The translations under genes and the position numbers were made by a program. Source: Deltaproteobacteria bacterium (GTDB taxonomy: Bacteria > Myxococcota_A > UBA9160 > SMWR01). Taken from it: a stretch of DNA of 64,000 nucleotides. Of this stretch, positions 36,813 through 49,906 are shown piece after piece (position 1 is the stretch's first letter; each line of letters begins with the position of its first letter). Below the pieces are notes generated by a model. It had not been told where the DNA came from, ran no database searches, and saw only the letters and a list, made by a program, of their open reading frames with translations. The stretch spans positions 19,257 through 83,256 of the forward strand of contig JANNIY010000178.1 in the NCBI GenBank assembly GCA_031405455.1, written 5' to 3'.

Positions 36813-37070
36813 TCACGCCCCGCGCGCGAGCGTCACGATCGCATGGTCCTCGATCACCGGGTTCGCGAGCAGCTTCTCGCACAGCTCGCCCAGCACAGCG
36901 CGCGCCTGTGCCTCGTCGCGGGCCTCGAGTTCGAGCTCGAAGAGCTTGCCCTGACGCACGCTCGCAACCGACGCGTGGCCGAGGCTCTTGCAGGCGTTTT
37001 GGATCGCCTTGCCCTGCGGGTCGAGAACATCGCGCTTGAGCGTCACGTGAACCACGGCCTTGAACGTCAT
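36813..37070 (-). CDS. purS: phosphoribosylformylglycinamidine synthase subunit PurS
   Basis: 85 aa: MTFKAVVHVTLKRDVLDPQGKAIQNACKSLG..., typical PurS. Its ATG overlaps the purB TGA (ATGA). Confidence 0.9.
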   Translation of the reverse strand: MTFKAVVHVTLKRDVLDPQGKAIQNACKSLGHASVASVRQGKLFELELEARDEAQARAVLGELCEKLLANPVIEDHAIVTLARGA

Positions 37071-38371
37071 GTCCCTCTCTCCTCGAGCGCGCGCGCGAAG
37101 ATCGCGTCTACCTGCCGCAATGCCTCATCGAGACTGAAGATGCGGTCGATCTCTTCCTTCGACAGCGCCTCACTGAATTTCGGGTCCGCCAGCACGCGCT
37201 CGCGGAAATCACCGCCGTGATCCCAGGTCTCCAGGGCATGGCGTTGCACGAGCGCGTAGGCGTCTTCGCGGGAGAGCCCCTTGCGCGTGAGCTCGAGCAG
37301 CAGCGTGCCGCTGAAGGCGAGCCCGCGCGTGAGATCGAGGTTTTCGCGCATGCGCTCCGCATCCACGACGAGCACCTCCACCAGGCCGGCGAAGCGCTCG
37401 AGCATGAAGTCGAGCAGCGTCATGGCGTCGGGAAAGACAATGCGCTCGACGGACGAGTTGCTCATGTCGCGCTCGTGCCAGAGCGCCTGATTCTCCATGC
37501 CGGCCGACGCATAGCCCCGCATCACGCGCGCAAGGCCGCAAACGTTCTCGAAGCGCCAGGGATTGCGCTTGTGCGGCATCGCCGAGGAGCCCTTCTGGCC
37601 GGCGCCGAACTCCTCCTGGACCTCGCGCACCTCGGTGCGCGCCAGATGTCGGAACTCGACCGAGAATTTTTCGAGGCTCGAGGCGATCAGCGCGAGCGTC
37701 GAGAGCAGCGCGGCGTGGCGGTCGCGCTGCACGACCTGGGTGGCCACCGGCTCGAAGCCGATGCCGAGACGGCGGCAGACGGCGACTTCGACGTCGGGCG
37801 GTAGATGCGCGAAGGTGCCGACGGCGCCGGAGATCTTTCCCACCGCGGCTTCGACGAGAGCGCGATCGAGTCGCGCCTGCTGACGCTTCATTTCTTCGTG
37901 GAAGACGAGCAGCTTGAGCCCGAAGGTGGTCGGCTCGGCGTGGATGCCGTGGGTGCGCCCGATGCAGGGCGTGTGGCGGAACTCGAGGGCGCGTCGCCGC
38001 AGCACATCGGATACACGCGCCACACCCGCGCGCAGCAGAGCTCCCGAATCCCGGATCTGGAGTGCGAGCGACGTATCCAACGTATCGCTCGACGTCATCC
38101 CGAAATGCAGCCAGCGGGCCGGCTCGCCCACCGTCTCGGCGATCTGCGTCAGGAAGGCGATCACGTCGTGCTTCACGACGCGCTCGATCTCGGCCACGCG
38201 CGCGACGTCGACGCGCGCGCGTGCGCGCAGTTCGACCGCTGCGGCGGCCGGAATCAGCCCGCGCCCGGCGAGTTCGTCGGAGGCAGCGAGCTCGACCTCG
38301 AGCCAGCGCTGGTAGCGGCCCTCGTCGCTCCAGATCGCCTGCATCTGCGGCCGCGCGTAGCGCTCGATCAT
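37067..38371 (-). CDS. purB: adenylosuccinate lyase
   Basis: [17 protein letters not shown]..., FGMTSSDTLDT, GSSAMPHKRNP signature. Its ATG overlaps the cdsA TGA. Confidence 0.95.
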   Translation of the reverse strand: MIERYARPQMQAIWSDEGRYQRWLEVELAASDELAGRGLIPAAAAVELRARARVDVARVAEIERVVKHDVIAFLTQIAETVGEPARWLHFGMTSSDTLDTSLALQIRDSGALLRAGVARVSDVLRRRALEFRHTPCIGRTHGIHAEPTTFGLKLLVFHEEMKRQQARLDRALVEAAVGKISGAVGTFAHLPPDVEVAVCRRLGIGFEPVATQVVQRDRHAALLSTLALIASSLEKFSVEFRHLARTEVREVQEEFGAGQKGSSAMPHKRNPWRFENVCGLARVMRGYASAGMENQALWHERDMSNSSVERIVFPDAMTLLDFMLERFAGLVEVLVVDAERMRENLDLTRGLAFSGTLLLELTRKGLSREDAYALVQRHALETWDHGGDFRERVLADPKFSEALSKEEIDRIFSLDEALRQVDAIFARALEERGT

Positions 38372-39372
38372 GTGGGACCCAGCCTCAGGAAGACGTAGAA
38401 GAGCAGCAGATAATAGGTCACCGGAATCGCGAGCAGCGGCGAATCGATCCGATCGAGCACGCCGCCGAAACCGGGCAGCAGCGTGCCGGTGTCCTTGACC
38501 GCGGCGTCGCGCTTGAGCAGCGATTCGACCAGGTCGCCCACGATCGCGACCAGCGAAATCACCAGCCCGAAGACGAGCGCAGCGCCCCAGCCGAATGACT
38601 GCGAAAGCGACGGCCAGAAGAAGTCGAAGATCGCCTTGGCGAGAAAGCCGGCCAGCGTGCCCGCAAACAAGCCGCCGATCGCGCCCTCGACGCTCTTGCC
38701 CGGGCTGATCTTGGGCGCGAGCTTGCGCCGGCCGTACGCACGCCCCGCGAAATACGCCCCGGCGTCCGACCAGACGACCACCGTGAGCGTGTAGATCATG
38801 AAGAAGATGCCGGCCTCCTCGACGATCCCGAGCTGCGCGACGGCGCCGCGCCCGAAGCGGGAGATCACCGAATCGTGGAACTGGCGCAACACGATCGTGT
38901 GCGAAAGCAGCCAACCCACGTAGAACACGCCAAAGAAGGTCCCCGAGATGCTCGCGAGCGAATCCTTGATCTGCGCCTTGCCGAGCTGGCGCACCATCAC
39001 GGCGAGCAGCGTCGCCGTCATCAGCAGTGTCGCGTGATACTCGTTGCCCATGAAGGCGACGACGGGCAGCGCCGCGCCCGCCACGAGCCCGTAGGCAACG
39101 AGCGGCTGCGCGCCCTTGTCTTCGATCAGACGGTAGAACTCGCGCTGGCCGAGCAGGATGATGACGACGACCGTCGCGAGGTAGGGGATCCCGCCGAGGA
39201 CGATCAGGTAGACGACCGCCGGAACCAGCACCGCCGCGGAAAGCAGCCGCACGACGAGATCGCTGCGCTTCTTCGGACTCTTCGGGACCGCGGGGGTCGG
39301 GGGCTGCGGATGGATCGTCGCGGACGCGCCGCCCTCGCCAGCGTTCGTGGGCACCGGCTGGGCCTCGCTCAC
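38368..39372 (-). CDS. cdsA: phosphatidate cytidylyltransferase
   Basis: [29 protein letters not shown]...[30 protein letters not shown] (CTP-transferase signature). Confidence 0.9.
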   Translation of the reverse strand: MSEAQPVPTNAGEGGASATIHPQPPTPAVPKSPKKRSDLVVRLLSAAVLVPAVVYLIVLGGIPYLATVVVIILLGQREFYRLIEDKGAQPLVAYGLVAGAALPVVAFMGNEYHATLLMTATLLAVMVRQLGKAQIKDSLASISGTFFGVFYVGWLLSHTIVLRQFHDSVISRFGRGAVAQLGIVEEAGIFFMIYTLTVVVWSDAGAYFAGRAYGRRKLAPKISPGKSVEGAIGGLFAGTLAGFLAKAIFDFFWPSLSQSFGWGAALVFGLVISLVAIVGDLVESLLKRDAAVKDTGTLLPGFGGVLDRIDSPLLAIPVTYYLLLFYVFLRLGPT

Positions 39373-39851
39373 GCGCCGCGGCCGACGACGCCCCGGCCGC
39401 TATGGCCGAAGCCGCCCTCACCGCGTTCGGTGGCATCGAGGGCCGTCACCTCTTCCCACTCCGCGTGCGCGACCGGCGCGATCACGAGCTGCGCGATGCG
39501 ATCTCCGCGTTCGATCGTGAACGCCTTCTCCCCGGTGTTGCACACGATGACCTTCACCTCGCCCCGGTAGTCGGAGTCTATCGTACCGGGAGCGTTGGGC
39601 AGGACGATTCCGTGCGCGAGCGCGAGCCCGCTGCGCGGGCGCACCTGCGCTTCGTAGCCCTCGGGCACGGCGATCGCGAAGCCCGTGGGAATCAGCGCGC
39701 GTTCGCGGGGAGCGACGACGACCGCCGCTTCGACGGCCGCATGCAGATCGAAGCCCGCCGCACCGCGCGTCGCGCGCGCGGGAAGCGGCAGGTCGTGCGC
39801 GCCGCGCAGGCGCGCGATGCGCACCCGTACGCCGGCGCGCACTTCCGCCAA
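39369..39851 (-). CDS. dut: dUTP diphosphatase
   Basis: [46 protein letters not shown] (five dUTPase motifs). Start TTG 39851 or GTG 39842. Its stop overlaps the cdsA GTG. Confidence 0.9.
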   Translation of the reverse strand: MAEVRAGVRVRIARLRGAHDLPLPARATRGAAGFDLHAAVEAAVVVAPRERALIPTGFAIAVPEGYEAQVRPRSGLALAHGIVLPNAPGTIDSDYRGEVKVIVCNTGEKAFTIERGDRIAQLVIAPVAHAEWEEVTALDATERGEGGFGHSGRGVVGRGA

Positions 39852-39855
39852 GTGT

Positions 39856-42042
39856 TCAGTCCTTCGCGGCGGCTTCCGCCAGCGCTTCCTTCCGCGACAG
39901 ACGGATGCGGCCCGAGGGGTCGATGTCGATGCACTTCGCGAGCACCTCGTCGCCCTCGGCAACGACGTCGGTCACCTTCTCGACGCGTCCCTCGGCGAGA
40001 TGGCTGATGTGGATCAAGCCATCCGTGCCGGGGAAGATCTCGACGAAGGCGCCGAAATCGGTGATGCGCTTCACCTTGCCGAGATAGACGCGGTCGAGTT
40101 CCGCTTCCTGCGTCAACTCCTGCACCATCGCCTCGGCGCGCTCGAGCGCATCCGAATCCGGCGAGAAGATCGTCACCTGACCCGTATCCTCGATGTCGAT
40201 CTTGGTGCCGGTCGTCTCCTGGATCGCGCGGATCACCTTGCCGCCGGGCCCGATCACGTCGCGGATCCGATCGGGCTTGATGCGGATCATCTTGACCCGC
40301 GGCGCGTAACGCGACAGCTCGGTGCGGGCCTTGAAGCCTGCGAAATCCTGGGCCGTATCGCGTTCCATGCAGTCGAGGATGTGCAGGCGTCCGACCCGGG
40401 CCTGCTCGAGCGCCTGCTCCATGACCTTCCAGTCGATGCTGCGGACCTTGATGTCCATCTGCACCGCGGTGACGCCCGCGCGCGTCCCGGCGACCTTGAA
40501 GTCCATGTCGCCGAGGTGGTCTTCGTCGCCGAGGATGTCGGAGAGGATGGCCACGCGGTCGCCGTCTTCGATCAGACCCATCGCGATGCCGGCAACCGGC
40601 GCCTCGATCGGGACACCGGCGTCCATCAGCGAGAGCGTCGCGCCGCAGACCGTCGCCATCGAGGACGACCCGTTCGACTCGAGCGTCTCCGAAACGATGC
40701 GCAGCGTGTAGGGAAAGACCTCGCGCGGCGGTAGCACCGATTGGATCGCGCGCTCGGCGAGATTGCCGTGACCGACCTCGCGCCTGCCCGGCCCGCGCAG
40801 CGGCCGCGCCTCGCCCACCGAGAACGGCGGGAAGTTGTAGTGCAGGTAGAAGCGCTTCGAGAAACGCTCGGCGATGCCGTCGATCGTCTGCTCGTCGAAC
40901 TTGCCGCCGAGTGTCGTGTAGACGAGCGCCTGCGTCTCGCCGCGTGTGAACAGCGCCACGCCGTGCGGCCGCGGCAGCGGGCGCACCTCACACGCGATCG
41001 GACGGATGTCCGTCGGCTTGCGCCCATCGATGCGTTCACCGTGATCGAGGATGCGTCGGCGCACGAGATCCGAGCGCAGATCGTGAAGCGAACTCTTCAC
41101 GTCGTTGCTGAGATTGCGCAAGCCGTCTCGCCGCCCCTCGACCGCGGCGAGCGTATCGAGTGTGACTCGCTCACTGCGGTAGGGCTCGAGGAAGCTGGTG
41201 ATGACCTCCTTCTCGATCTCCGCGATCGCGGTGTAGCGCTCGTCCTTCTTCACCATGCGCAGCGCCGCGGCCAGCCGCGTCTCGGCGCGCTCGCGCACCT
41301 TCGCGTCGAGCGCCGTGCGGTCGGGCAGCTCGGCCAGCACGATCTTGGTCTTTCCGGATCGTTGGCGCAGGCTCTCCTGGGCGTCGAGCGACGGCGCGAG
41401 GGCGGCGTGCGCGGTGCGCAGGGCGGCGAGCAGCTCGCTCTCCGGGATGTTCTTTGCCGAGCCCTCGACCATCACGAGCGCCTGGCGGCTGCCCGCGACG
41501 ACGATGTCGAGATCGCTCGTCGAGATTTCCTCGCGCGAGGGGTTCACGATCAGGCGGCCGTCGATGCGGGCGAGCCGCACGGCCGAAATCGGCCCCAGGA
41601 AGGGCAGCTGCGACAGCGTGAGCGCGGTCGAGGCGCCGATGAAGGCCGGGATGTCGGGCGTATTCGCCTCGTCCGCCGAGAGCACCGTTGCCGTGATCTG
41701 CACCTCGTCGCGGAAGACCTCCGGGAAGAGCGGCCGGATCGAACGGTCGATGAATCGGGAGATCAGGACCTCGCGGTCTGCCAGGCGCCCTTCGCGCTTG
41801 AAGAAGCCGCCGGGAATCTTGCCTGCCGCCGACGTCTTCTCGACGAAGTCGACGGTGAGCGGGAAGAAATCGATGCCCTCGCGGGGCTTGCCGGTGGTGA
41901 CGGTGACCAGCACGACGGTTTCGCCATACGTCACGACGACGGCGCCAGCGGCCTGCTTGGCCAGGCGGCCGGTCTCGAGCGTCAGTGTGCGGCCGCCGAG
42001 CTCGAACGAGACTGTTTCGGGTTTAAACCAATAAGAAGGCAT
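39856..42042 (-). CDS. pnp: polyribonucleotide nucleotidyltransferase (PNPase)
   Basis: Two RNase PH domains plus KH and S1 ([15 protein letters not shown]). The second ATG (42042) has GAGGAGA 12 nt upstream; the first ATG (42054) abuts the RBS. Confidence 0.96.
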   Translation of the reverse strand: MPSYWFKPETVSFELGGRTLTLETGRLAKQAAGAVVVTYGETVVLVTVTTGKPREGIDFFPLTVDFVEKTSAAGKIPGGFFKREGRLADREVLISRFIDRSIRPLFPEVFRDEVQITATVLSADEANTPDIPAFIGASTALTLSQLPFLGPISAVRLARIDGRLIVNPSREEISTSDLDIVVAGSRQALVMVEGSAKNIPESELLAALRTAHAALAPSLDAQESLRQRSGKTKIVLAELPDRTALDAKVRERAETRLAAALRMVKKDERYTAIAEIEKEVITSFLEPYRSERVTLDTLAAVEGRRDGLRNLSNDVKSSLHDLRSDLVRRRILDHGERIDGRKPTDIRPIACEVRPLPRPHGVALFTRGETQALVYTTLGGKFDEQTIDGIAERFSKRFYLHYNFPPFSVGEARPLRGPGRREVGHGNLAERAIQSVLPPREVFPYTLRIVSETLESNGSSSMATVCGATLSLMDAGVPIEAPVAGIAMGLIEDGDRVAILSDILGDEDHLGDMDFKVAGTRAGVTAVQMDIKVRSIDWKVMEQALEQARVGRLHILDCMERDTAQDFAGFKARTELSRYAPRVKMIRIKPDRIRDVIGPGGKVIRAIQETTGTKIDIEDTGQVTIFSPDSDALERAEAMVQELTQEAELDRVYLGKVKRITDFGAFVEIFPGTDGLIHISHLAEGRVEKVTDVVAEGDEVLAKCIDIDPSGRIRLSRKEALAEAAAKD

Positions 42043-42221
42043 GCGTGCTTCCATCTCCTCTCCGACCGCTACGGGCCGGAGTCATTGTGGGCAGACGCCA
42101 TGGGGGTGGAGGATCGACACGCGGTGGAATGCGGAATCAGCGATGCGCGAAGCCGAGCTTCGCGAATGGCAGACTTCCGCATTCCCTGACGCTGCGTCCG
42201 GCGTTGCCCGGTTCGTTTGCG

Positions 42222-42241
42222 CTGAAAGCGTCTGCTTTCAG
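42222..42241 (-). promoter_or_regulatory. hairpin in the pnp leader
   Basis: CTGAAAG-N6-CTTTCAG, a 7-bp stem, about 180 nt upstream of the pnp start. Confidence 0.25.
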
Positions 42242-42290
42242 GTCTTGCCTGTCCAATCTAGGTCATCGTTTCGATTCGCCGCGAGAGTTT

Positions 42291-42308
42291 GCCCGGCCGA
42301 AGCCGGGC
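42291..42308 (-). terminator. GC-rich hairpin 5 nt downstream of the rpsO stop (attenuator/terminator candidate)
   Basis: Minus strand GCCCGGC-UUCG-GCCGGGC: 7-bp stem with a tetraloop. No U-tract follows. Confidence 0.4.
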
Positions 42309-42313
42309 GCGAA

Positions 42314-42580
42314 CTAGCGGCGCAGACCGAGGCGCTCGATGATCGCCCGGTACCGATCCGGACCCGTCCTCCGTAGGTAGTCGAGCAGCCGGCGGCGCTG
42401 GCTCACGAGGTGCAGCAGGCCGCGGCGGGAATGGTGATCTTTCGCGTGTAGCTTGAAGTGATCCGCGAGCTGATTGATCCGCTCAGTCAATAGCGCGACC
42501 TGCACTTCCGACGAACCCGTGTCCGTGTCGTGCGTGCGATAGGCTTCGACTGCGCTCTGCTTGGCGGCTCTCGAGATCAA
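42314..42580 (-). CDS. rpsO: 30S ribosomal protein S15
   Basis: ...[53 protein letters not shown]... TTG 42580 with GGGAAGGAA 6 nt upstream. 88 aa. Confidence 0.95.
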   Translation of the reverse strand: MISRAAKQSAVEAYRTHDTDTGSSEVQVALLTERINQLADHFKLHAKDHHSRRGLLHLVSQRRRLLDYLRRTGPDRYRAIIERLGLRR

Positions 42581-42725
42581 CTGCGGTTCCTTCCCGTTCG
42601 ATGCTTGTGGTTCGTCGCGTATGCGCGGGTTTGAGCCGCGCTCCCGCCCTCGAAATCGGCTGCGGAGGCGACGGCGAGGGGCCCGAGCTGCGTTGCCCCT
42701 GTGATGCGGGCGGATTGTGGCAGAG

Positions 42726-43652
42726 CTAGGGGGACCCGGCAAGCGACTGCAGAACCCGCAGCGGCTGGAGGCGTCTCCCGGGACGGATCTCGAGGACGGC
42801 GATCAGCTCGCCCCCCGGACCCACGGCGGCCACTCGCCCCTCGGGTGGCAGCGCCACTCCTGGCAGCGTCACGTCGTTGCCGTTGCGAACGCGGCGCTCA
42901 TCGGGCGCCTCTAGCCGGACCACGGCGAGCCCGAGCACGTTGACGGGGGGGATCAGCCTCGCCTCGAGCTTCCCGGCGCTCGCGAGCGCCTCGAGCTCCT
43001 CCACTGTTGCGGCATCCTCGATGCCGAAGGGACCGCTGCGCGTGCGGCGCAGCGCAGCGAGAAAGGCGCCGCAGCCGAGCGCCGTGCCGGCGTCGGCCGC
43101 CAGGCTGCGCACGTAGGTGCCGGTCGAGCAGAGCACCTCGATGCACGCACGCGGCGGCTGATAGCGAATCAGGGTGAGCGCATCGATGCGGACCTTCTTG
43201 GACGCGCGCGGCACGTCCTGGCCCTCGCGGGCCATCCGGTGCAGCGGAACGCCGCCGATCTTCACCGCGCTGAACATCGGCGGCACCTGCTCGATTTCGC
43301 CGAGGAAGCCCGCGAGTACTGCGCGCAAGCTCGCCTCGGAGGGAAGCTCGCCGCTGTAGCGCCGCAGCACGCGGCCCTCGGCGTCGAGCGTATCCGTCTC
43401 GGCCCCCAGCTCGATTTCGCCCGTGTAGGCCTTGGCGCCGGCCGACAGGAAGGGCACGAGCTTGGTCGCCTCGCGCACGGCGAGCGGAAGCACGCCGGTC
43501 GCGAGCGGATCGAGCGTGCCGAGGTGGCCGATCCGGCGCGTTCCGAGCCAGCGCCGCGCGGCATCGACCACGTCGTGCGACGTCCAGCCGCGGGGCTTGT
43601 CGACGACGAGGAAGCCCGCCGCTCCGGGCGACTCGGGTCTACGCCGAGCCAT
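42726..43652 (-). CDS. truB: tRNA pseudouridine(55) synthase
   Basis: [17 protein letters not shown]...[18 protein letters not shown], with the catalytic Asp motif. Confidence 0.93.
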   Translation of the reverse strand: MARRRPESPGAAGFLVVDKPRGWTSHDVVDAARRWLGTRRIGHLGTLDPLATGVLPLAVREATKLVPFLSAGAKAYTGEIELGAETDTLDAEGRVLRRYSGELPSEASLRAVLAGFLGEIEQVPPMFSAVKIGGVPLHRMAREGQDVPRASKKVRIDALTLIRYQPPRACIEVLCSTGTYVRSLAADAGTALGCGAFLAALRRTRSGPFGIEDAATVEELEALASAGKLEARLIPPVNVLGLAVVRLEAPDERRVRNGNDVTLPGVALPPEGRVAAVGPGGELIAVLEIRPGRRLQPLRVLQSLAGSP

Positions 43653-43995
43653 CGTCCTCGATCTCCTTCAGAACCTGCAGGGTCTGGCTGCCGAGCGCGA
43701 GCGAGGGGTCGAAGCGGAAGCGCAGCTCGGGCATGCGTCGCAGCGGCAGCTCGCGAGCGAGCCGGCGCCGCAGGAAGGAAGCCGCACTCTCGAGACCGGC
43801 TTCGATGCGCCCGAGTTCGTCGGAATCGTCGGCCGCCAGCGCGCTCCAGAAGACCAGCGCGTTCGATAGATCGGGGGCCACGTCGACGCGCGTGATCGTG
43901 ATCAGCCCGATGCGCGGATCGGTTGCCTCCGCCCGCAACAGCTTCGCGATCTCGCTCTGGAGCTGCTCGGCGATGCGCTCGGTGCGCCGCGACAT
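43639..43995 (-). CDS. rbfA: ribosome-binding factor A
   Basis: MSRRTERIAEQLQSEIAKLL...DPRIGLITITRVDVAPDLSNALVFWS. GGAGGA lies 7 nt upstream of ATG 43995. Confidence 0.92.
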   Translation of the reverse strand: MSRRTERIAEQLQSEIAKLLRAEATDPRIGLITITRVDVAPDLSNALVFWSALAADDSDELGRIEAGLESAASFLRRRLARELPLRRMPELRFRFDPSLALGSQTLQVLKEIEDDGSA

Positions 43996-43997
43996 CG

Positions 43998-44314
43998 TCA
44001 GTCCTCCGAATCCCACGTCGTCTCCTGGTACGGGAGCTCGACGATCTCGACATCCACGTGGATCACCTCGGCGAGGTGCATTTCCTCGATGAAGCGCGCC
44101 GCCTGCTCGAGCACGGCGCGAACCCGCACCGGATCGCTTCCCGCCGCGGCGAGCCCGATCACCGCGCGCTGCCAGGTGTCCTGGCCGCCGACTTCGGCGA
44201 CCGAGAGCTTGAAGCGGTTGCGCACCCGCTGCGCGATCGAGCGCACGACACCGCGCTTCTGCTTGAGGGACTGGGAATCGTGTACGTGGATCTCGACGGC
44301 GGCCGCCCCGACGA

Positions 44315-44318
<4 letters not shown>
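43998..44318 (-). CDS. DUF503 (YlxP-like) protein
   Basis: 106 aa: ...SLKQKRGVVRSIAQRVRNRFKLSVAEVGGQDTWQRAVIG... Its ATG overlaps the infB TGA. Confidence 0.85.
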
Positions 44319-46780
<2,462 letters not shown>

Positions 46781-46834
46781 TCACTCTCTCGCCGCGTCCG
46801 CGCACCCGCCGTCATGCGGCGTGCGCCACCCGGC

Positions 46835-48223
46835 TCATTCCGTCGCGGGACTCGCGTCGGCTTCCGCCTGCACGGGCGCCTCGGGTGCGGCAGCAGCCTG
46901 CGCCGCAGCCGTGGCAGCAGCGGCCGCTGCCGCAGCCGTCTCCGCCGCAACCCGTATGGCTTCGACACGCGCCGCCTCTTCTTCGATCTTCTTGCGCTCC
47001 GCGAGTTCGCGTGCGCGTTGCTGAATTGCTCGGGCACCGGCTTCGTCGATGCCGGGGAACGACGTGAGCAGCCCGAGGTCGCTGGCCGCGAGATCCTCGA
47101 GCGACGTGATCCCCTGTTGCAACAACAGCTCCGCATCGGCGTCGCCGCAGCCTTCGACGACCGAAACGGCCTCCGAAAGCCACTGCGCCAGCTCGCGCAT
47201 CTTCGACTCGCTCTTGATGTCGATTCGCCAGCCCGTGAGCTGGACGGCGAGCCGCACGTTCTGGCCCTTGCGCCCGATCGCGAGCGAGAGCTGATCGTCG
47301 GGGACGATCACGTCCATCGACTTCGCGCCCTCGTCGATGATCACCTTCGAGACTTGCGCCGGCGAGAGCGACGAACACACGTAGCGCGCCGGATCCGGGC
47401 TCCACGGCACGATGTCGATTCGCTCGCCGCGCAGCTCCTGCACGACCGCCTGCACGCGGCTGCCCTTCATGCCGACGCATGCGCCCACCGGGTCGACGTC
47501 GCTGTCTCGCGACACCACGGCAACCTTCGAGCGCCCGCCCGGCTCGCGCGCAGCCGCCTGAATCGTGACGATGCCCTCGTACATCTCGGGCACTTCCTGC
47601 TCGAAGAGCTTCGTCAGCATCTCGAGGCAGGTGCGCGAGAGGATGATCTGGGCGCCCTTCGACGCCTTGTTGACGTCGATCACATAGGCACGCACGCGAT
47701 CGTTCGGGCGATAGGTTTCCCTTGGCACCTGCTCGCGCAGCGGCAGCACGGCCTCGGCGCGCCCGAGATCGACGATGATCGCGCCCTTCTCGAAGCGCCG
47801 GACGATGCCGTTCACGATCTCGCCCTTGCGGTCCTTGTACTCCTCGAAGACGTTGTCGCGCTCGGCCTCGCGGATCATCTGGATGATCACCTGCTTGGCC
47901 GTCTGCGCGAGAATGCGTCCGAAGCCCGAGGTATCGACCTTCACGCCGATCTCGTCACCGAGTTCGGCTTCGGGGTCGTAGCGGTGGGCCTCCGCGAGCG
48001 TGATCTGGCTGGTCGCATCGGCGACGTCCTCGACGACCTCGCGGAATTCGAAGAGCTCGATCTCACCGAGTTCTTCGTTGTAGCGGGCCTCGATTTCGCG
48101 GTCCTGGCCCTGCGCACGCCGCGCGGCCTGCTTCATGGCTTCCTCGACCGCGCGGATGATCTCCTTGCGGTCGATTCCCTTGTCCTTGGCGATCTGATCG
48201 ATCTCGCGTTTCAGGCCGAGCAT
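46835..48223 (-). CDS. nusA: transcription termination/antitermination factor NusA
   Basis: N-terminal domain, S1 and two KH modules (ILSRTCLEMLTKLFEQEVPE, AVVSRDSDVDPVGACVGMKGSRVQ). Ala-rich C-terminal tail. Confidence 0.96.
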   Translation of the reverse strand: MLGLKREIDQIAKDKGIDRKEIIRAVEEAMKQAARRAQGQDREIEARYNEELGEIELFEFREVVEDVADATSQITLAEAHRYDPEAELGDEIGVKVDTSGFGRILAQTAKQVIIQMIREAERDNVFEEYKDRKGEIVNGIVRRFEKGAIIVDLGRAEAVLPLREQVPRETYRPNDRVRAYVIDVNKASKGAQIILSRTCLEMLTKLFEQEVPEMYEGIVTIQAAAREPGGRSKVAVVSRDSDVDPVGACVGMKGSRVQAVVQELRGERIDIVPWSPDPARYVCSSLSPAQVSKVIIDEGAKSMDVIVPDDQLSLAIGRKGQNVRLAVQLTGWRIDIKSESKMRELAQWLSEAVSVVEGCGDADAELLLQQGITSLEDLAASDLGLLTSFPGIDEAGARAIQQRARELAERKKIEEEAARVEAIRVAAETAAAAAAAATAAAQAAAAPEAPVQAEADASPATE

Positions 48224-48735
48224 GGACGCACCCTCTTCGGGTTCGCGTGCGGCGCGAAGTCGTCACGCGTGAACTTGTAGATTCGATGAGCCTTCGTGAT
48301 CTCCGCGAACGGCAGGTTGTATTCCCGCCCATCCACCAAAACCCGGGCGATGCCCGCTTCGAAAGCGACGAGCACACCGCGGAAGCGCCGACGTCCGTCG
48401 ATCGGTCGCAGCGTCTCGACCTGCACTTCTCCGCCGCATGCGACCTGGAAATCCTTCTCGCGCGCGAGCAGTCGGTCGAGGCCCGGGGACGAAACCTCCA
48501 GGCGATACGGCACCGCGATCGCGTCGGCCGCGTCGAGCTGGCTGCCGATCTCCCGCGCCACCGCGGCGCAGCGCTCGATCGGTACGCGTCCGTCGGCCTC
48601 GGGCGTGTCGAGCGTGACGCGCAGCAACCACGGCGCGCGGCCGCGCGTGAGCAAGGCGTCAACCAGCTCGAAACCCGAGTCGCGGACGACCGGTTCGATC
48701 AGCACCTTGAGCTCCTCCGGAATGTCCCGATACAC
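48211..48735 (-). CDS. rimP: ribosome maturation factor RimP
   Basis: LIEPVVRDSGFELVD...VSSPGLDRLL. GTG 48735 is chosen because the upstream part of the ORF runs through a U7 tract (TTT TTT codons, atypical for this genome). Confidence 0.85.
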   Translation of the reverse strand: MYRDIPEELKVLIEPVVRDSGFELVDALLTRGRAPWLLRVTLDTPEADGRVPIERCAAVAREIGSQLDAADAIAVPYRLEVSSPGLDRLLAREKDFQVACGGEVQVETLRPIDGRRRFRGVLVAFEAGIARVLVDGREYNLPFAEITKAHRIYKFTRDDFAPHANPKRVRPCSA

Positions 48736-48756
48736 GGCAAGCTCTGGCCCACAAAC

Positions 48757-48816
48757 AAAAAAAGCGGACTCGACGCCCACTTTCACCACCGGGACCCGAT
48801 GGTCCCAACCACCCGC
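48757..48816 (-). promoter_or_regulatory. leader hairpin(s) followed by a U7 tract, upstream of rimP
   Basis: Minus-strand RNA: GCGG(48816-48813)...GGGACC-AUCG-GGUCCC(48806-48791)...CCGC(48767-48764) immediately followed by UUUUUUU (48763-48757). The tract ends 22 nt before the rimP GTG. Confidence 0.3.
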
Positions 48817-48904
48817 TGCGCTTGCGAAGATCCAGCCCCGCGGACCGCTTCCCCAGCGCAACGGTGGGGGTGGGCGACCTGCGTTTCACTGCGTAAGCCG
48901 GCGC

Positions 48905-48933
48905 AAACTATCTAAAATGCAAGGGGAATGCAA
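48905..48933 (-). promoter_or_regulatory. candidate sigma70-type promoter of the rimP-nusA-infB operon
   Basis: Minus strand TTGCAT (48933-48928), 17 nt, TAGTTT (48910-48905), in a locally AT-rich patch. A second TTGCAT lies at 48922-48917. Confidence 0.35.
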
Positions 48934-48979
48934 ACTCCGGGGGGCGGGCGCCGCCACCGCGGCGGGCGAGCGGGGAAGC

Positions 48980-49906
48980 CTAACGACCGGGCAGCTCGAG
49001 CGCTCCACGCAGGTCGGCCACGCGCCGAAAGCCGTGGCGCGAGGCGTAGGCGGCGATGCCGTCGGCGATTTCACCCGCGACGGCCGGGTTCAGGTAGTTC
49101 GCGGTCCCGACCTGCACGGCCGTGGCCCCGCACAGCAGGAACTTGATGGCATCCTCGGCGCTCGCGATGCCCCCGATCCCGCATACGGGGATCTGGACCG
49201 CCCGCGCCGCCTGCCAGACCATGCGCAGGGCGATCGGCCGGATCGCTGGCCCCGAAAGCCCCCCTAGCACGTTCGAGAGCAGTGGGCGGCGCGTCTCGAT
49301 GTCGACTTCGAGCGCCTGGACGGCGTTGATCAGGCTGATCCCGTTCGCGCCCTCGGCCTCGCATACGCGGGCCATCGCCGCGATGTCCGTCACGTTGGGC
49401 GAGAGCTTCACGAGCAGCGGCAACGTGGTGGCGCGCCGTGTCGCGCGCACCAATTCGGCCAGCACCTGCGGTTGCTGGCCGAACTCGATGCCCCCGCTCT
49501 TCACGTGCGGACAGGAGGCGTTCACCTCGATCCCCGCCACGCGCGGCACCCCGGTCAGGCGCTTGCACACTTCTGCGTAGCGCTCGATCTCGGTCTCGAA
49601 CACGCTCGCGATCACGGTGACGCCCTCCGGCAGCGCCGGCAGCTTGTCGCGAACGAAGGCTTCGACGCCCACGTTCTCGAGGCTGATCGCGTTGAGCATT
49701 CCCGACGGTGTCTCGGCGATGCGCGGCGGAGGGTTTCCGGAGCGCGGCTCGAGGGTGAGGCTCTTGGCGACGAAGCCGCCAATCCGGCGCAGATCGAGGA
49801 ACGGCGCGAGCTCGACGCCGTAGCCGAAGGTGCCCGAGGCGGTGAGCACGGGGTTGCGCAGCCGGATGCCGCCGAGATCGACGCTCGTGTCGAGCGCATC
49901 GCTCAC
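48980..49906 (-). CDS. pyrD: dihydroorotate dehydrogenase, class 1B catalytic subunit
   Basis: NPVLTASGTFGYG, IEVNASCPH, GGLSGPAIRPIALR, GIGGIASAEDA. Confidence 0.93.
   Translation of the reverse strand: MSDALDTSVDLGGIRLRNPVLTASGTFGYGVELAPFLDLRRIGGFVAKSLTLEPRSGNPPPRIAETPSGMLNAISLENVGVEAFVRDKLPALPEGVTVIASVFETEIERYAEVCKRLTGVPRVAGIEVNASCPHVKSGGIEFGQQPQVLAELVRATRRATTLPLLVKLSPNVTDIAAMARVCEAEGANGISLINAVQALEVDIETRRPLLSNVLGGLSGPAIRPIALRMVWQAARAVQIPVCGIGGIASAEDAIKFLLCGATAVQVGTANYLNPAVAGEIADGIAAYASRHGFRRVADLRGALELPGR

Noticed and set aside
48736-48979. Possible initiator tRNA upstream of rimP, as with metY in E. coli.
   Set aside because: No T-loop (GGTTCRANYCC) or acceptor/CCA-compatible sequence is present on either strand.
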